Shown in pieces: positions 45,869-55,920 of a stretch of 64,000 nucleotides of DNA. Numbering within the stretch: the stretch's first letter is position 1; each line of letters starts with the position of its first letter. The position numbers and the translations under genes were made by a program. The notes beneath the pieces were generated by a model. That model ran no database searches. It was not told where the DNA came from and saw only the letters and a program-made list of their open reading frames with translations. This stretch comes from Acidimicrobiaceae bacterium (GTDB taxonomy: Bacteria; Actinomycetota; Acidimicrobiia; Acidimicrobiales; RAAP-2): contig CANGPS010000007.1 in assembly GCA_947456245.1 (NCBI GenBank), forward strand, positions 12,462 through 76,461. Direction: 5' to 3'.

Positions 45869-46660
45869 TCAGCCGACGAGCGAGGCAGCCGGTGGGCTCC
45901 GGACCTCCGGGACGTCGTCCACGGGCTCCTCGACCATCGGGGGGACCACGGAGACGGCCGAGAGCTCGAGGGCGAGGCCCACCCCGGCCGAGTAGCCCGA
46001 GTGCTCGCTCGGGTCGATGGCGGCGAGGTGGCGGTCGAGGGTGGCCCAGTCGCCTCGGGCGGCGGGGCCGGTCAGGGCGCTCGCCGGGCCGAGGGCGGCG
46101 ACGTCGTCGACGGCAGCCCGGGCGAGGTCGACGAAGGCGTCGAGCGGCAGGCCCGCCGTGGCGGCGATCCGCTCCACCTGGCCGAGCAGGGCCACCACGT
46201 GGTTGGCGGCGATGCAGGCCGCGGCGTGGTAGCGGGCACGATCCTCGTCGGCCACGGTCACCACGCGCCCGCCGAGGGACCCGGCGAGGGCGGCGGCGGT
46301 CGGGTCGCCGGCCACGGCGAAGGTGGCTCCCGAGGCGAGCCGGGCGGCGCCCACCTCGACGTTCGGCAGCGGGATCAGCGGGTGCAGGGCAGCGGCCCGC
46401 GGATGGGTGGCGAGCACGTCGAGGCCGAGCGAGCCCGACAGGTGCAGCACCACGCAGTCGGCGCTGGGGGTGATCGCGGCCGCCAGCGGGGCGATGGCGT
46501 CGTCGGAGACGGCGAGGACGAGGACGTCCACGTCGGTGGTGGCGGTCTCGAGGTCAGCCCCGCGGCCGACCGGGCCGAGGACCTCGTGGCCCGCTCCGCG
46601 AAGGGCGCGAGCGAGCGAGGAGCCCGCACGGCCAGCGCCGATGATCTTGATCCGCATCAC
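45869..46660 (-). CDS. Rossmann-fold / DUF2520-type protein (putative ketopantoate-reductase-like)
   Basis: 263 aa. MMRIKIIGAGRAGSSLARAL; HP..P and AAC.ANH patterns of the DUF2520 family. Its position next to panC is conserved in actinobacteria, as far as I recall. Confidence 0.6.
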   Translation of the reverse strand: MMRIKIIGAGRAGSSLARALRGAGHEVLGPVGRGADLETATTDVDVLVLAVSDDAIAPLAAAITPSADCVVLHLSGSLGLDVLATHPRAAALHPLIPLPNVEVGAARLASGATFAVAGDPTAAALAGSLGGRVVTVADEDRARYHAAACIAANHVVALLGQVERIAATAGLPLDAFVDLARAAVDDVAALGPASALTGPAARGDWATLDRHLAAIDPSEHSGYSAGVGLALELSAVSVVPPMVEEPVDDVPEVRSPPAASLVG

Positions 46661-46699
46661 TTGGCCTCCGATGCTCCGGCCCCGCGCTGCGGGTGCCGG

Positions 46700-47182
46700 T
46701 CACTTCGACTCGTTGAGTACCTCATGGACACTACCGAGCACCCGGACCTCTCCGCCAGACCCGGCGAGAAGTTTCTCGGTGGCGATGTCGGGAGCGAGCT
46801 CGGCCAGCGGGGCGAGGACGAAGCGTCGCTCGAACATGCGCGGATGGGGCACCGTCAGCTCCTCGGTCGAGCGCTCCTCGCCGTCGACCCAGAGCACGTC
46901 GACGTCGAGCGTCCGGGGCCCGAAGCGCACCAGGCGGACCCGATGGGCGGCCTCCTCGAGCGTGCGGCAGCGGTCGAGGAGCTCCTCGGGGCTGTCGGTG
47001 GTCCTGAGCTCGACGACGATGTTCCAGAAGTCCTGCTGCTCTGGCCCGCCCACCGGATCGGTCTCGTAGACCCGGGAGACGGCCGCGAGGTCCCCGGCGG
47101 CGTCGAGGGCGGCCAGGGCCTGCGCGAGGTTGGCCCGGCGATCGCCGAGGTTCGTCCCGAGGCCGAGGAAGGCGCGGGTCAC
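46700..47182 (-). CDS. folK: 2-amino-4-hydroxy-6-hydroxymethyldihydropteridine diphosphokinase
   Basis: 160 aa. AFLGLGTNLGDR..., RTLDVDVL, PHPRMFERRFVLAPL. Confidence 0.92.
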   Translation of the reverse strand: MTRAFLGLGTNLGDRRANLAQALAALDAAGDLAAVSRVYETDPVGGPEQQDFWNIVVELRTTDSPEELLDRCRTLEEAAHRVRLVRFGPRTLDVDVLWVDGEERSTEELTVPHPRMFERRFVLAPLAELAPDIATEKLLAGSGGEVRVLGSVHEVLNESK

Positions 47183-47544
47183 CGGGTGCAGCGGCGGTGG
47201 ACGCCCACCGTGGCCACGTCGGCTCCGATGGGCGGCCGCAGCTTGGTCACCGAGACGCCGACCGCCTCGATCCGGCCGTCGACCTCGAGCGCGGCGCGAC
47301 CGACCTCGTCGGCGAGCGACTCGAGGAGCTCGTGGTGGCGGGCGGCCGCCACGCCAAGCGCGATATCGACGATCTCGGCGTAGTTCACCGTGTCGGCCAG
47401 GGCGTCGCTGGCCCCGGCGGCCGACAGGTCCACCTCGACCGAGATCGAGAGCTCGAGCGGCTGGGGCCGGTCGTGCTCCTCGGGGAGGACCCCCACGCTC
47501 GCCACGACGCGCAGCGAGGTGATCTCGATGCGGTCGGGCGTCAT
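47179..47544 (-). CDS. folB: dihydroneopterin aldolase
   Basis: 121 aa. DRIEITSLRVVASVGVLPEE...TVNYAEI, FolB pattern. Confidence 0.9.
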   Translation of the reverse strand: MTPDRIEITSLRVVASVGVLPEEHDRPQPLELSISVEVDLSAAGASDALADTVNYAEIVDIALGVAAARHHELLESLADEVGRAALEVDGRIEAVGVSVTKLRPPIGADVATVGVHRRCTR

Positions 47545-48047
47545 GACCTCGGGCCGTGCTCCGCCACCACGGCGACGAGCGAGCGACCCTGCGAGCCGAG
47601 CTGACGGCCGAAGAGCTGCTCGGCCACCGTCGTCGCCGTCGGCGTGTCGGGCAGTCGGCCCGTCCAGAGCAGGTAGCCCGCCACGATCCCGATGATCCAG
47701 TCGCCGAGCTCGTCGGCGTGGAGCAGCATCTGCTGGCCCTGGGCCTGCCGGGCCACGATGTCCCCGTAGAGCTCGACCAGCGCGGGGGTCACGTCGCCCA
47801 CCTTGGGGACCGGGTGGTGGGCCGACTCCATCGAGAGCTCGGCGTAGGCCGCGAGGTTCTGTGGCGAGGTCAGCACCGAGATCACGACGTCGAAGCCGTT
47901 CTCTCGCAGCCAGATGACCTCCTCCTGGCGCCGCACCTTGCGATGCGTGGCGGCCTGGCCACCTGGACGCTCAGAGACGGCCAGGATGCCCGGGAGCACC
48001 CAGGTCAGGTTGCGCGGGGGGATCCCCGCGGCCCACTTGCCCTTCAT
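47541..48047 (-). CDS. dual-specificity-phosphatase-like protein lacking the catalytic Cys/Arg (pseudo-phosphatase?)
   Basis: 168 aa. WVLPGILAVSERP...ENGFDVVISVL...MLLHADELGDWIIGIVAGYL. The layout resembles the PTP/DSP fold, but HADELGDW stands where HCxxGxxR is expected. Translationally coupled on both sides (4-nt overlaps). Confidence 0.45.
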   Translation of the reverse strand: MKGKWAAGIPPRNLTWVLPGILAVSERPGGQAATHRKVRRQEEVIWLRENGFDVVISVLTSPQNLAAYAELSMESAHHPVPKVGDVTPALVELYGDIVARQAQGQQMLLHADELGDWIIGIVAGYLLWTGRLPDTPTATTVAEQLFGRQLGSQGRSLVAVVAEHGPRS

Positions 48048-48856
48048 GACACCACCACCTCCTCGGCGAAGACCCGTGCAGCCTGCACGGTCGCCGTCAC
48101 GTCGTGCACCCGCACCATCGCCGCCCCCGCCTCCATGGCCACCAGCGACGTCGCCAGCGAGGAGGCGAGCCGCTCCTCCGGCGGGAGGTCGCCCCCGCCG
48201 ACGGCCCCGAGGAACCGCTTGCGGCTGGTCCCGATCAGCAGCCTGGCACCGAGGCCGCGGGCGATCGCCGCCAGCTCATCGGCGTGGCGGAGCAGGGTCC
48301 AGTTGTGGGCGAAGGTCTTGCCGAAGCCGATCCCCGGGTCGAGCCAGAGGTCAGAGACGCCGAGATCCCTCGCCTCGGTGCCCTTGACCTCGAGCCAGGC
48401 GGCGACCTCGGCGACGACGTCGTCGTAGGTCGGGTCGTCCTGCATCGTCTCCGGGTCCCCCTGGGCATGCATGGCCACCCATCCGACGCCGAGGGCGGCG
48501 GCCACGGGTGCCAGGGTGCCCGAGACGTCGTTGATCAGCGTGGCGCCGGCGGCCACGGCCGCCTCCGCCACCTCGGCCTTCACCGTGTCGATGCTGATGG
48601 GCGTCTGGCCGGCGAGGCCCTCGATCACCGGCAGGACTCGGCTGAGCTCGGTGGCGACGTCGACCGGGTGCGAGCCGGGTCGGCTCGACTCGCCGCCGAC
48701 GTCGATGATGGCCGCCCCCGCCTCCACCATGTCGCGACCCCGCCGCACGGCCTCGGCCCCAGAGGATCGGGAGCCCGCGAAGAACGAGTCGGGGGTGGCG
48801 TTCAGCACTCCCATGACGAGCGGGGTCGTGCGATCCATCACCGGCAGGCTAGCCAT
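48044..48856 (-). CDS. folP: dihydropteroate synthase
   Basis: Trimmed to MASLPVMDRTTPLVMGVLNATPDSFFAGS... IIDVGGESSRPG, DPGIGFGK motifs. Confidence 0.92.
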   Translation of the reverse strand: MASLPVMDRTTPLVMGVLNATPDSFFAGSRSSGAEAVRRGRDMVEAGAAIIDVGGESSRPGSHPVDVATELSRVLPVIEGLAGQTPISIDTVKAEVAEAAVAAGATLINDVSGTLAPVAAALGVGWVAMHAQGDPETMQDDPTYDDVVAEVAAWLEVKGTEARDLGVSDLWLDPGIGFGKTFAHNWTLLRHADELAAIARGLGARLLIGTSRKRFLGAVGGGDLPPEERLASSLATSLVAMEAGAAMVRVHDVTATVQAARVFAEEVVVS

Positions 48857-48864
48857 CGGCAGCC

Positions 48865-49434
48865 TCACCGGCCGTGGATGAACTGCAGCGCCTCGTTGCG
48901 GGTGACGGGGTCGGTGCGGAAGATCCCGCGCACGGCGGAGGTCACCGTCATGGTGCCCGGCTTCTTGACGCCGCGCATCGACATGCAGAAGTGCTCGGCC
49001 TCGATCACCACGAGCGCCCCGGCCGGCGAGAGCACCTCGTCGAGCGAGTCGGCGATCTGCGCCGTCATGCGCTCCTGGACCTGCAGCCGTCGGGCGAAGC
49101 CCTCCACCACGCGAGCGAGCTTGGACAGACCGGTGATCTTGCCGTCGTCGCCAGGGATGTAGGCGACGTGCGCCCGGCCCATGAACGGGACGAGGTGGTG
49201 CTCGCACAGCGAGGTGAACGGGATGTCCCGGACCATCACCATCTCCTGGTGCTGCTCCTCGAAGGTGACCTGGAGGTGCGTGGTGGGGTCCTCGTGGAGG
49301 CCGGAGAAGAGCTCGGCGTACATCTTGGCCACGCGCCGCGGCGTCTCGACGAGCCCGTCACGGCTCGGGTCCTCGCCGATGGCGTTGAGGATCTCGGTCA
49401 CGCAGCGCTCGATGGTCGCGGTGTCGACGGTCAC
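48865..49434 (-). CDS. folE: GTP cyclohydrolase I
   Basis: 189 aa. ...[20 protein letters not shown]...SKLARVVE, canonical FolE. Confidence 0.95.
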   Translation of the reverse strand: MTVDTATIERCVTEILNAIGEDPSRDGLVETPRRVAKMYAELFSGLHEDPTTHLQVTFEEQHQEMVMVRDIPFTSLCEHHLVPFMGRAHVAYIPGDDGKITGLSKLARVVEGFARRLQVQERMTAQIADSLDEVLSPAGALVVIEAEHFCMSMRGVKKPGTMTVTSAVRGIFRTDPVTRNEALQFIHGR

Positions 49435-49475
49435 GGTGGTGTGCTCCTGGTCTCGGTGCGCCCGAGGCGGATGCC

Positions 49476-51020
49476 TCAGGCCTTCTTCGGCCGGCCCGGT
49501 GCGGCGCCGTCACCTACGAATGTATAGACACCGTCGAGGTTCCGGTACCGCTCGGCCACGTCGAGGCCGTACCCGACCACGAAGGTGGGCGGGATGGTGA
49601 AGCCCACGTAGCGCAGATCCTGCTCGATGCGCTGCTCGCCCTCCTTGAGCAGCAGGGTGCACACCTCGATCGAGGCCGGGATGCGAGCCGAGAGGTACTT
49701 GCGCAGGTAGTTGAGGGTGAGGCCCGAGTCGATGATGTCCTCGACCACCAGGACGTGGCGGTCCGTGAGGTCGACGTCGAGGTCCTTGACGATGCGGACG
49801 ATGCCCGAGGTCTTGGTGGCGGACCCGTAGGACGAGACCGCCATGAAGTCCACCTCGACGGGCAGGTCGATGGCCCGAGACAGGTCGCTGATGAAGTGCA
49901 TGGCGCCCTTGAGGACGCAGACGATCAGCGGCGGGGTGTCGGCGTAGTCCCGGGTGATCTGGGCGCCGAGCTCGGCCACCCGCTCCGCGATCTGCGCGCC
50001 GGTGAGGATGACGTCGCCGATCTCGCCGTCGGCCCAGGCGTGGCGTCCACGGTCGTTCGGGGCTCCGCTCACGGTGGGCAGGTTACCCGCACCGCCCGCC
50101 GAGAGCCGAAGCCGCCCCTGCGTCCGGCTCACGCGCAGGCCGCCGGCGAGCTCGGTGGCCTGCGCGTCGTGGCGCGCCACCGCCAGGACCCGGTCGACCT
50201 CGGCGGCGGAGGGCGGGTGGGCGACCCCCTCGCCCGAGCGGGCCTCGGCCAGCCAGGACCGCACGGCCCGGGTGGCCAGGGGCCTCGGGGCGGCAGCCAG
50301 GGCGCGCGCATCGAGCACGTCGTCGATCTCCTCTGCTGCCAGCCCCGTCAGGAGCGCCTCGTCATCGCGCGCCAGGTCTGCGGTGCGCGCCAGCAGGGGG
50401 ACGACGTCCCGATCGGCCACCTCGGCCGCCAGGGGCAGGAGCCGGTGGCGCACGTCGTTGCGTCGCAGGGTCAGGTCGCGGTTGCTCGGGTCCTCGATGA
50501 CGCTCAGGCCGAGCAGCTCGCACAGCTGGCGGGTCTCAGAGCGGCGCAGGTCGAGGATCGGATGCTCCGGACCTCGGCCCATGGCGGCCAGGCCGCTCGC
50601 TCCCGACCCTCGCAGCAGGTTGAGCAGCACGGTCTCGGCCTGGTCGTCCATGGTGTGCCCTGTGGCCGCCCCGACGGGCAGCACCGAGCGTCGGGCCCGT
50701 CGGGCTCGGTCCTCGAGGCCGTCGCCGTCGCCGAGCTCCACCTGATGGCAGACGGCGGCGGCACCGAGCCGCTCCGCCAGAGCGACCACGTGGTCGGCCT
50801 CGGCGGCGCTCCCGGACCGCAGCTGGTGATCGACGTGGTGGAGCGTCACCCTCCGGCCGGCGGCGACCGCCAGGACGGCGAGGGCGGTCGAGTCGGCTCC
50901 CCCCGAGCAGGCCACGTCCATCGGCTGCCCGCCGCGCTCGATCGCACTGCGGGCGAGCAGCGCCGCCACCATCGCGGCGGCCTCGTCGTCGAGGAGCAGC
51001 CTGCCGACCGAGAGGGTCAC
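49476..51020 (-). CDS. tilS: tRNA(Ile)-lysidine synthase fused in frame to hypoxanthine phosphoribosyltransferase
   Basis: GTG at 51020 (GTGA overlap with the upstream stop). The TilS part has the PP-loop [12 protein letters not shown]. There is no stop before the Hpt part (...[16 protein letters not shown]...[17 protein letters not shown]). 514 aa in total. The further 173 upstream codons in the track ORF are rejected. Confidence 0.8.
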   Translation of the reverse strand: MTLSVGRLLLDDEAAAMVAALLARSAIERGGQPMDVACSGGADSTALAVLAVAAGRRVTLHHVDHQLRSGSAAEADHVVALAERLGAAAVCHQVELGDGDGLEDRARRARRSVLPVGAATGHTMDDQAETVLLNLLRGSGASGLAAMGRGPEHPILDLRRSETRQLCELLGLSVIEDPSNRDLTLRRNDVRHRLLPLAAEVADRDVVPLLARTADLARDDEALLTGLAAEEIDDVLDARALAAAPRPLATRAVRSWLAEARSGEGVAHPPSAAEVDRVLAVARHDAQATELAGGLRVSRTQGRLRLSAGGAGNLPTVSGAPNDRGRHAWADGEIGDVILTGAQIAERVAELGAQITRDYADTPPLIVCVLKGAMHFISDLSRAIDLPVEVDFMAVSSYGSATKTSGIVRIVKDLDVDLTDRHVLVVEDIIDSGLTLNYLRKYLSARIPASIEVCTLLLKEGEQRIEQDLRYVGFTIPPTFVVGYGLDVAERYRNLDGVYTFVGDGAAPGRPKKA

Positions 51021-52117
51021 CGAAGGGCGGGTGCCGAGCGAGCCAGCCACAGCGCCGGGTCGAGGAGCTCGGCCATGGTGGGCATGGCCTCGGGGCCGAC
51101 GAAGAGCTCGGCCACCAGCCCCGGCCCGCCGGCGTCGCGCAGCGCTCGGACGAAGCGCTCGCCGTCGGCGTACTGGCGCATCTTGGCGTCGAGGCCCAGG
51201 AGCTGGCCGAGCACCTTGGACAGCGCGCCCGGGGCGTCGCGCCGGTCGCGCAGGACGGAGTGGAACCGGGAGGCGGAGGGGACCAGATCCTGGGCCGCCA
51301 CGTCCATCACGACCTCGCCATGGCCCTCCAGGACGCTCATCAGGGCGGTGAGCCGACGGAGTGCGTCGCGCTGGGCCTCGGTGGCGAAGAGACCGGCGGG
51401 ACCGAGCTCGGCCAGCGGGTTCGCCCCCTCGGCCACCTCGCGGAAGGACCGGACCGCCCCTGACAGGACCGTCGAGATGTCGATCGACATCGCCCCCACC
51501 ACCTCGTCGATGAGGCTGAGAAAGTAGGTCCGCACCCACGGGGCGCCAGTGAACTGAGCCCGGTGGGCTGTCTCATGGAGGGCCAGCCAGAGCCGGAACT
51601 GGTCGACGTCGAAGCCGTGGCGCTGCTCGAGGGCGACGATGTTCGGCCCGACGTAGCTGATGACGTCCTCGTCCCGACTGGCCTCCTCGCCCACCAGTAG
51701 GTCGTACTGCCCGAGCACGCGCGACGAGAGCCAGGCGAGCACCGCGGCGAGCTGGGCGGCCGAGCTGCGGCGCGACCACCGATCCACCATGGCTGGAGGT
51801 CGGACCTTGCGCCGGGCGGCGAGGGCGGCAGCGGCCGGTCCGACGAGCCGCTCGACGGAGGCCACGTTGGCCGCCACCCACTCGGCCCGGTCGACCACCC
51901 GCGCCACCGGTGGGGTCGGGGGGACGAGGCCGGACTCGATCGCCACGCGGTCCGTGGCGAGCAGGGACAGCTCGGTGAGCTGCTGCTCGAGGGCCCCCGG
52001 GCGATAGGACGCCGGCAGGGGGCGACGCCGGGCCAGGGACGCGCCGATGCGGCTGGCGGTCGCGACGTCGACGAACCCCTCGGAGCGCTCGACCCCCGGG
52101 GCGTCAGCCGTCGGCAT
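51017..52117 (-). CDS. zinc-dependent metalloprotease (DUF2342-type)
   Basis: 366 aa. HEXXH as LALHETAHRAQF. Its position upstream of tilS is conserved in actinobacteria, as far as I recall. Confidence 0.75.
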   Translation of the reverse strand: MPTADAPGVERSEGFVDVATASRIGASLARRRPLPASYRPGALEQQLTELSLLATDRVAIESGLVPPTPPVARVVDRAEWVAANVASVERLVGPAAAALAARRKVRPPAMVDRWSRRSSAAQLAAVLAWLSSRVLGQYDLLVGEEASRDEDVISYVGPNIVALEQRHGFDVDQFRLWLALHETAHRAQFTGAPWVRTYFLSLIDEVVGAMSIDISTVLSGAVRSFREVAEGANPLAELGPAGLFATEAQRDALRRLTALMSVLEGHGEVVMDVAAQDLVPSASRFHSVLRDRRDAPGALSKVLGQLLGLDAKMRQYADGERFVRALRDAGGPGLVAELFVGPEAMPTMAELLDPALWLARSAPALR

Positions 52118-52388
52118 CGGCCTCCTGGCGGAGCGAGGCGGCGACCCGATCGCGAAGCGAGTCCGGCACGCGCTCGTGGCACCGGTCGGCGATCACCTGT
52201 CGCAGCTCGGCCTCGAACTTCGCCGCACCGATGCAGGGGGCGCACCCGTCGAGGTGGGCGGCGATGGCGGCCCGGCGCTCGTCGGTCAGCTCGCCGTCGA
52301 GGTAGTCGTAGAGCTGGCGCACGGCGTCGTCGCAGCTCACCGTCGTCGCCACCCACGGTGGGGTCTCCATGGCCCCCTCGCCGCTCAT
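52104..52388 (-). CDS. rsrA: zinc-binding anti-sigma factor (RsrA/RshA-like ZAS)
   Basis: 94 aa from MSGEGAM... ZAS motif HLDGCAPC plus an upstream Cys (SCDDAV). ATGA overlap with the sigma-factor stop. Confidence 0.8.
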   Translation of the reverse strand: MSGEGAMETPPWVATTVSCDDAVRQLYDYLDGELTDERRAAIAAHLDGCAPCIGAAKFEAELRQVIADRCHERVPDSLRDRVAASLRQEADADG

Positions 52389-52951
52389 GACGCCACCCCG
52401 AGCAGCCCGGCCTCCTCGGCGAAGGGCAGCAGGGCCTTCTGCAGGGCTCGGCGGCCGCGGTGGATCCTGCTCATCACGGTGCCCATCGGGCTCTCGGTGA
52501 TCTCGGCGATCTCGGCGTAGCTGAACCCCTCCACGTCGGCGAGCAGGACCGCGATGCGGAACGCCTCCGGCAGCGACTCGAGGGCACCCTTGACCGAGTC
52601 GTCGGTGATGCCCGAGAACACCACGTCCTCCGCGCTCGCCCCATGGATCTGGTCCGAGGTCGGAAGGCGACGGAACAGGTAGAGGTCCTCGATGTCCTCC
52701 ACGTCCTCGACCTCCGGTCGTCGCTGCTTGGCCCGGTACGACGAGATGTAGGTGTTGGTCAGGATCCGATAGAGCCAGGCCCGGAGGTTCGTCCCCTCGG
52801 TGAAGGAGTCGAAGGATCGGTAGGCCTTGAGGAAGGTCTCCTGGACCAGGTCCTCGGCGTCGGCCTGGTTGCGGGTCATGCGCAGGGCGGCGGAGTAGAG
52901 GCCCTCCATGAGGGGCATCGCTTGGCTCTGGAAGCCGGAGGGGTCCGCCAT
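52385..52951 (-). CDS. sigH: ECF-type sigma-70 family factor (SigH/SigR-like)
   Basis: 188 aa. Region 2 [17 protein letters not shown]; region 4 [27 protein letters not shown]. Confidence 0.85.
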   Translation of the reverse strand: MADPSGFQSQAMPLMEGLYSAALRMTRNQADAEDLVQETFLKAYRSFDSFTEGTNLRAWLYRILTNTYISSYRAKQRRPEVEDVEDIEDLYLFRRLPTSDQIHGASAEDVVFSGITDDSVKGALESLPEAFRIAVLLADVEGFSYAEIAEITESPMGTVMSRIHRGRRALQKALLPFAEEAGLLGVAS

Positions 52952-53063
52952 GGCTCCAACCTAGGGCCTTTCGCGCCGGCGGGCCACGAGGAACGATGAT
53001 GCCGAGCCGCCGTGCCATAAGGTTCCCTTGAGCCGAACGCGGCATGTCCTGGGGAGGGAAGAG

Positions 53064-54272
53064 ATGAGCGGTGAGCAGCCATGGATCGACCTGATCGATG
53101 GGGCGTTCTACGGGGGTGACCCCTACCCCGCCTTCGCGTGGATGCGCGCCAACGAGCCGGTGTACCACGACGCCGCCAACGGCATCTGGGGCATCACGAA
53201 GCACCGCGACATCAAGGACATCTCCAAGAACCCGATCGACTTCATCAACGGCGGCGGGATCCGGCCTGACATGGGTCCCCTGCCGATGATGATCGACATG
53301 GACGCCCCGCTGCACCACGAGCGCCGACGCCTCGTGTCGGCCGGGTTCACCCCGGTGCGCGTCCGCGCCATGGAGGAGAACATCGCCCACGTCTGCGACT
53401 TCATCCTCGACCAGATCTCCGAGTCCGGCACCGGTGACCTCGTCCACGACATCGCGGCTCCCCTCCCGCTCATCGTCATCGGCCAGCTGCTCGGCATCTC
53501 CCCCGAGGACCGTCCCGACCTGCTGCGCTGGAGCGACGACCTGATGCGCGGCCAGGGCACCGCTGACCCGGTCCTGCTCGAGAAGATGATCGTGGCCTTC
53601 GCCGAGTACACCGCCTACATGTCCGAGGTCATCGAGAGCCGTCGCTCGACGGGCAAGGACGACGACCTCGTCGGCATCCTCGTCCACGCCGGGGAGGACG
53701 GCCAGGGCCTCGACGACGACTCCCTGATCCACGAGACCCTGCTGATCCTCATCGGCGGCGACGAGACGACCCGGCACGTGGTCTCCGGAGGCGTCGAGGC
53801 GCTGATGGCCAACCCGGACCAGCTGGCCATGGTGGCCGAGGACCGCTCGCTGATCCCGAGCGCCGTCGAGGAGATGCTGCGCTGGGTCACCCCGATCAAG
53901 AACATGGCCCGACAGACCTCCCGAGACGTCGAGGTGCGCGGCGTGACCATCCCCGAGGGCGACAAGCTCCTCCTGCTCTACCCCTCGGCGAACCGCGACG
54001 AGGAGGTCTTCGACGAGCCCGAGCGCTTCGACATCACCCGATCGCCCAACGACCACATCGCCTTCGGCTTCGGCACCCACTTCTGCCTCGGCAACCAGCT
54101 CGCCCGCCTCGAGCTCAAGGTCATGCTCGGCCGCCTCCTCGAGCGCATGCCGGACATCCACCGGGCCGAGGGCGGCCCCCTCGACTACCGCGACGCCAAC
54201 TTCGTCAGCGGCCTCGAGTCCATGCCCATCGCGTTCACCCCGTCGCCGTCCCTCGGCGTCCCTGCCCTCTAG
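53064..54272 (+). CDS. cytochrome P450
   Basis: ATG at 53064 behind GGGAGGGAAGAG. ExxR (EEMLRW) and heme loop FGFGTHFCLGNQLA. Confidence 0.9.
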   Translation: MSGEQPWIDLIDGAFYGGDPYPAFAWMRANEPVYHDAANGIWGITKHRDIKDISKNPIDFINGGGIRPDMGPLPMMIDMDAPLHHERRRLVSAGFTPVRVRAMEENIAHVCDFILDQISESGTGDLVHDIAAPLPLIVIGQLLGISPEDRPDLLRWSDDLMRGQGTADPVLLEKMIVAFAEYTAYMSEVIESRRSTGKDDDLVGILVHAGEDGQGLDDDSLIHETLLILIGGDETTRHVVSGGVEALMANPDQLAMVAEDRSLIPSAVEEMLRWVTPIKNMARQTSRDVEVRGVTIPEGDKLLLLYPSANRDEEVFDEPERFDITRSPNDHIAFGFGTHFCLGNQLARLELKVMLGRLLERMPDIHRAEGGPLDYRDANFVSGLESMPIAFTPSPSLGVPAL

Positions 54273-54281
54273 GAGAGGCCC

Positions 54282-55076
54282 ATGACCATCAGCTTCACCG
54301 GCAAGAGCGCCCTCATCACCGGAGGTGGCTCAGGGATCGGCCTGGCCACCGCCACCCGCTTCGCCGAGCTCGGCGCCGCCGTCACCATCTGCGGCCGGAC
54401 GGCTGAAAAGCTCGAGGCCGCCGTCGCCCAGATCCTCGCCGCCGTCCCGGGCGCCTCGGTGCGCCACATCGTGGCGGACGTGACCATCGAGGAGCAGATC
54501 GCCGCCGCCGTCGACACCGCCGAGGCGGTCACCGGCACGCTCGATGTCACCTTCGCCTGCGCGGGGGGCTCCCACCACATGGGTGCCATGGTCGACGCCG
54601 ACGCCGAGGGCGTCCGGGCCACGGTCGACCTGAACCTCATCGGCTCCTTCCTCTCGGTCAAGCACTCGGCCAGGGTGATGATCCCCAAGGGCGCCGGGTC
54701 CATCGTGCTCATGAGCTCCGGTGCCGGGCACTTCCCCCATCGCTGGCTCTGGGCCTACGGCATGTCGAAGGCCGGCATCGAGTCGCTGTGCGACTATGCC
54801 GCCGAGGAGCTCGGCGAGCACGGCATCCGCGTCAACGCCGTGCAGCCGGGCATCATCGACGACGAGCTGATGAGCTTCATCACCGCCGGCGGCGCCCTGC
54901 TCGACGACTACCTCGCCCAGATGCCGCTCTCTCGGGTCGGCACGGTGGACGACGTGGCCGCAGCCGTCACCTTCCTCGCCAGCGACGAGGCCTCGTGGAT
55001 CACCGGCGAGCACCTCGGGGTCGACGGCGGCCACCACCTGCGCCGCGGCGCCGACTACTCCAAGCTGTTCAGCTGA
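54282..55076 (+). CDS. SDR family oxidoreductase
   Basis: 264 aa. ALITGGGSGIGLA; YGMSK catalytic Y-x3-K; follows the P450 gene by 9 nt. Confidence 0.88.
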   Translation: MTISFTGKSALITGGGSGIGLATATRFAELGAAVTICGRTAEKLEAAVAQILAAVPGASVRHIVADVTIEEQIAAAVDTAEAVTGTLDVTFACAGGSHHMGAMVDADAEGVRATVDLNLIGSFLSVKHSARVMIPKGAGSIVLMSSGAGHFPHRWLWAYGMSKAGIESLCDYAAEELGEHGIRVNAVQPGIIDDELMSFITAGGALLDDYLAQMPLSRVGTVDDVAAAVTFLASDEASWITGEHLGVDGGHHLRRGADYSKLFS

Positions 55077-55920
55077 GCCCCCGGGCGGCGTCGAGCCGTC
55101 GGCTCCGGCGCGCCCTGAGCCTCGGGCCGACCACCCGGGCCACCACATAGGCGCCGACGCTGATGCCGGTCACGAACACCGTGGGCGGCACCGTGGTGCC
55201 GTTCAGGGCCAGCAGCAGCCCGCCATCGGTGGCGAGGAGCGCCACCCCCACCGAGACCGCGGTGGCGGCCAGCGGGGCGGTGGCGACCCGCTGGGCGGCG
55301 GCTCCGGGGATGATCGCCAGCGACAGCACCAGCAGCGTCCCGACCACCTGTGCCGCCTCGGTCACCGTGATGGCCAGCAGGAGGAGGAAGGCGATGCCGA
55401 GCAGGCGGGTCGCCACGCCCGAGGCCTCGGCCAGCTCAGGGTCCACCGAGGCGAAGAGCAGCGGCCGGTAGATCAGGCCCAGGCCCACGAGGACGACGAG
55501 GGCGAGGACCACGAGCAGCCAGATCTGGCCGGCAGAGATGGCGAAGATGTCGCCGAAGAGGATGCTGGTGGCCGCCGAGGCGAAGCCCTGGTACTGGCTC
55601 AGCAGCAGGATGCCGAGGCCGAGGCCACCGGCGAGGACCACGCCGATGGCCGAGTCCCGCTCCCGCGGGCGTTCGCCGAGCGATCCGATCAGGCCGGCCA
55701 CCACCACGGAGCCCGAGAGGGCGCCCACGACCGGGTCCCCGATCAGCACCAGGCCGGCGGCGGCACCGGTGAAGGAGAGCTCCGCCGCCCCGTGGACGGC
55801 GAAGGCCATCTGGCGGATGAGCACGAACGGGCTCAGCACGCCGCAGATGAGCGCGATCAGCGTCCCGGCGACGAGCGCGTGCTGGGCGAAGGGGAGCGCG
55901 AGGTAGCCGCCGAGGTCCAT
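55069..55920 (-). CDS. metal (Zn/Mn) ABC transporter permease
   Basis: 283 aa, polytopic. ZnuB/TroD-like sequence (MDLGGYLALPFAQHALVAGTLIALICGVLSPFVLIR...). Confidence 0.85.
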   Translation of the reverse strand: MDLGGYLALPFAQHALVAGTLIALICGVLSPFVLIRQMAFAVHGAAELSFTGAAAGLVLIGDPVVGALSGSVVVAGLIGSLGERPRERDSAIGVVLAGGLGLGILLLSQYQGFASAATSILFGDIFAISAGQIWLLVVLALVVLVGLGLIYRPLLFASVDPELAEASGVATRLLGIAFLLLLAITVTEAAQVVGTLLVLSLAIIPGAAAQRVATAPLAATAVSVGVALLATDGGLLLALNGTTVPPTVFVTGISVGAYVVARVVGPRLRARRSRRLDAARGLS

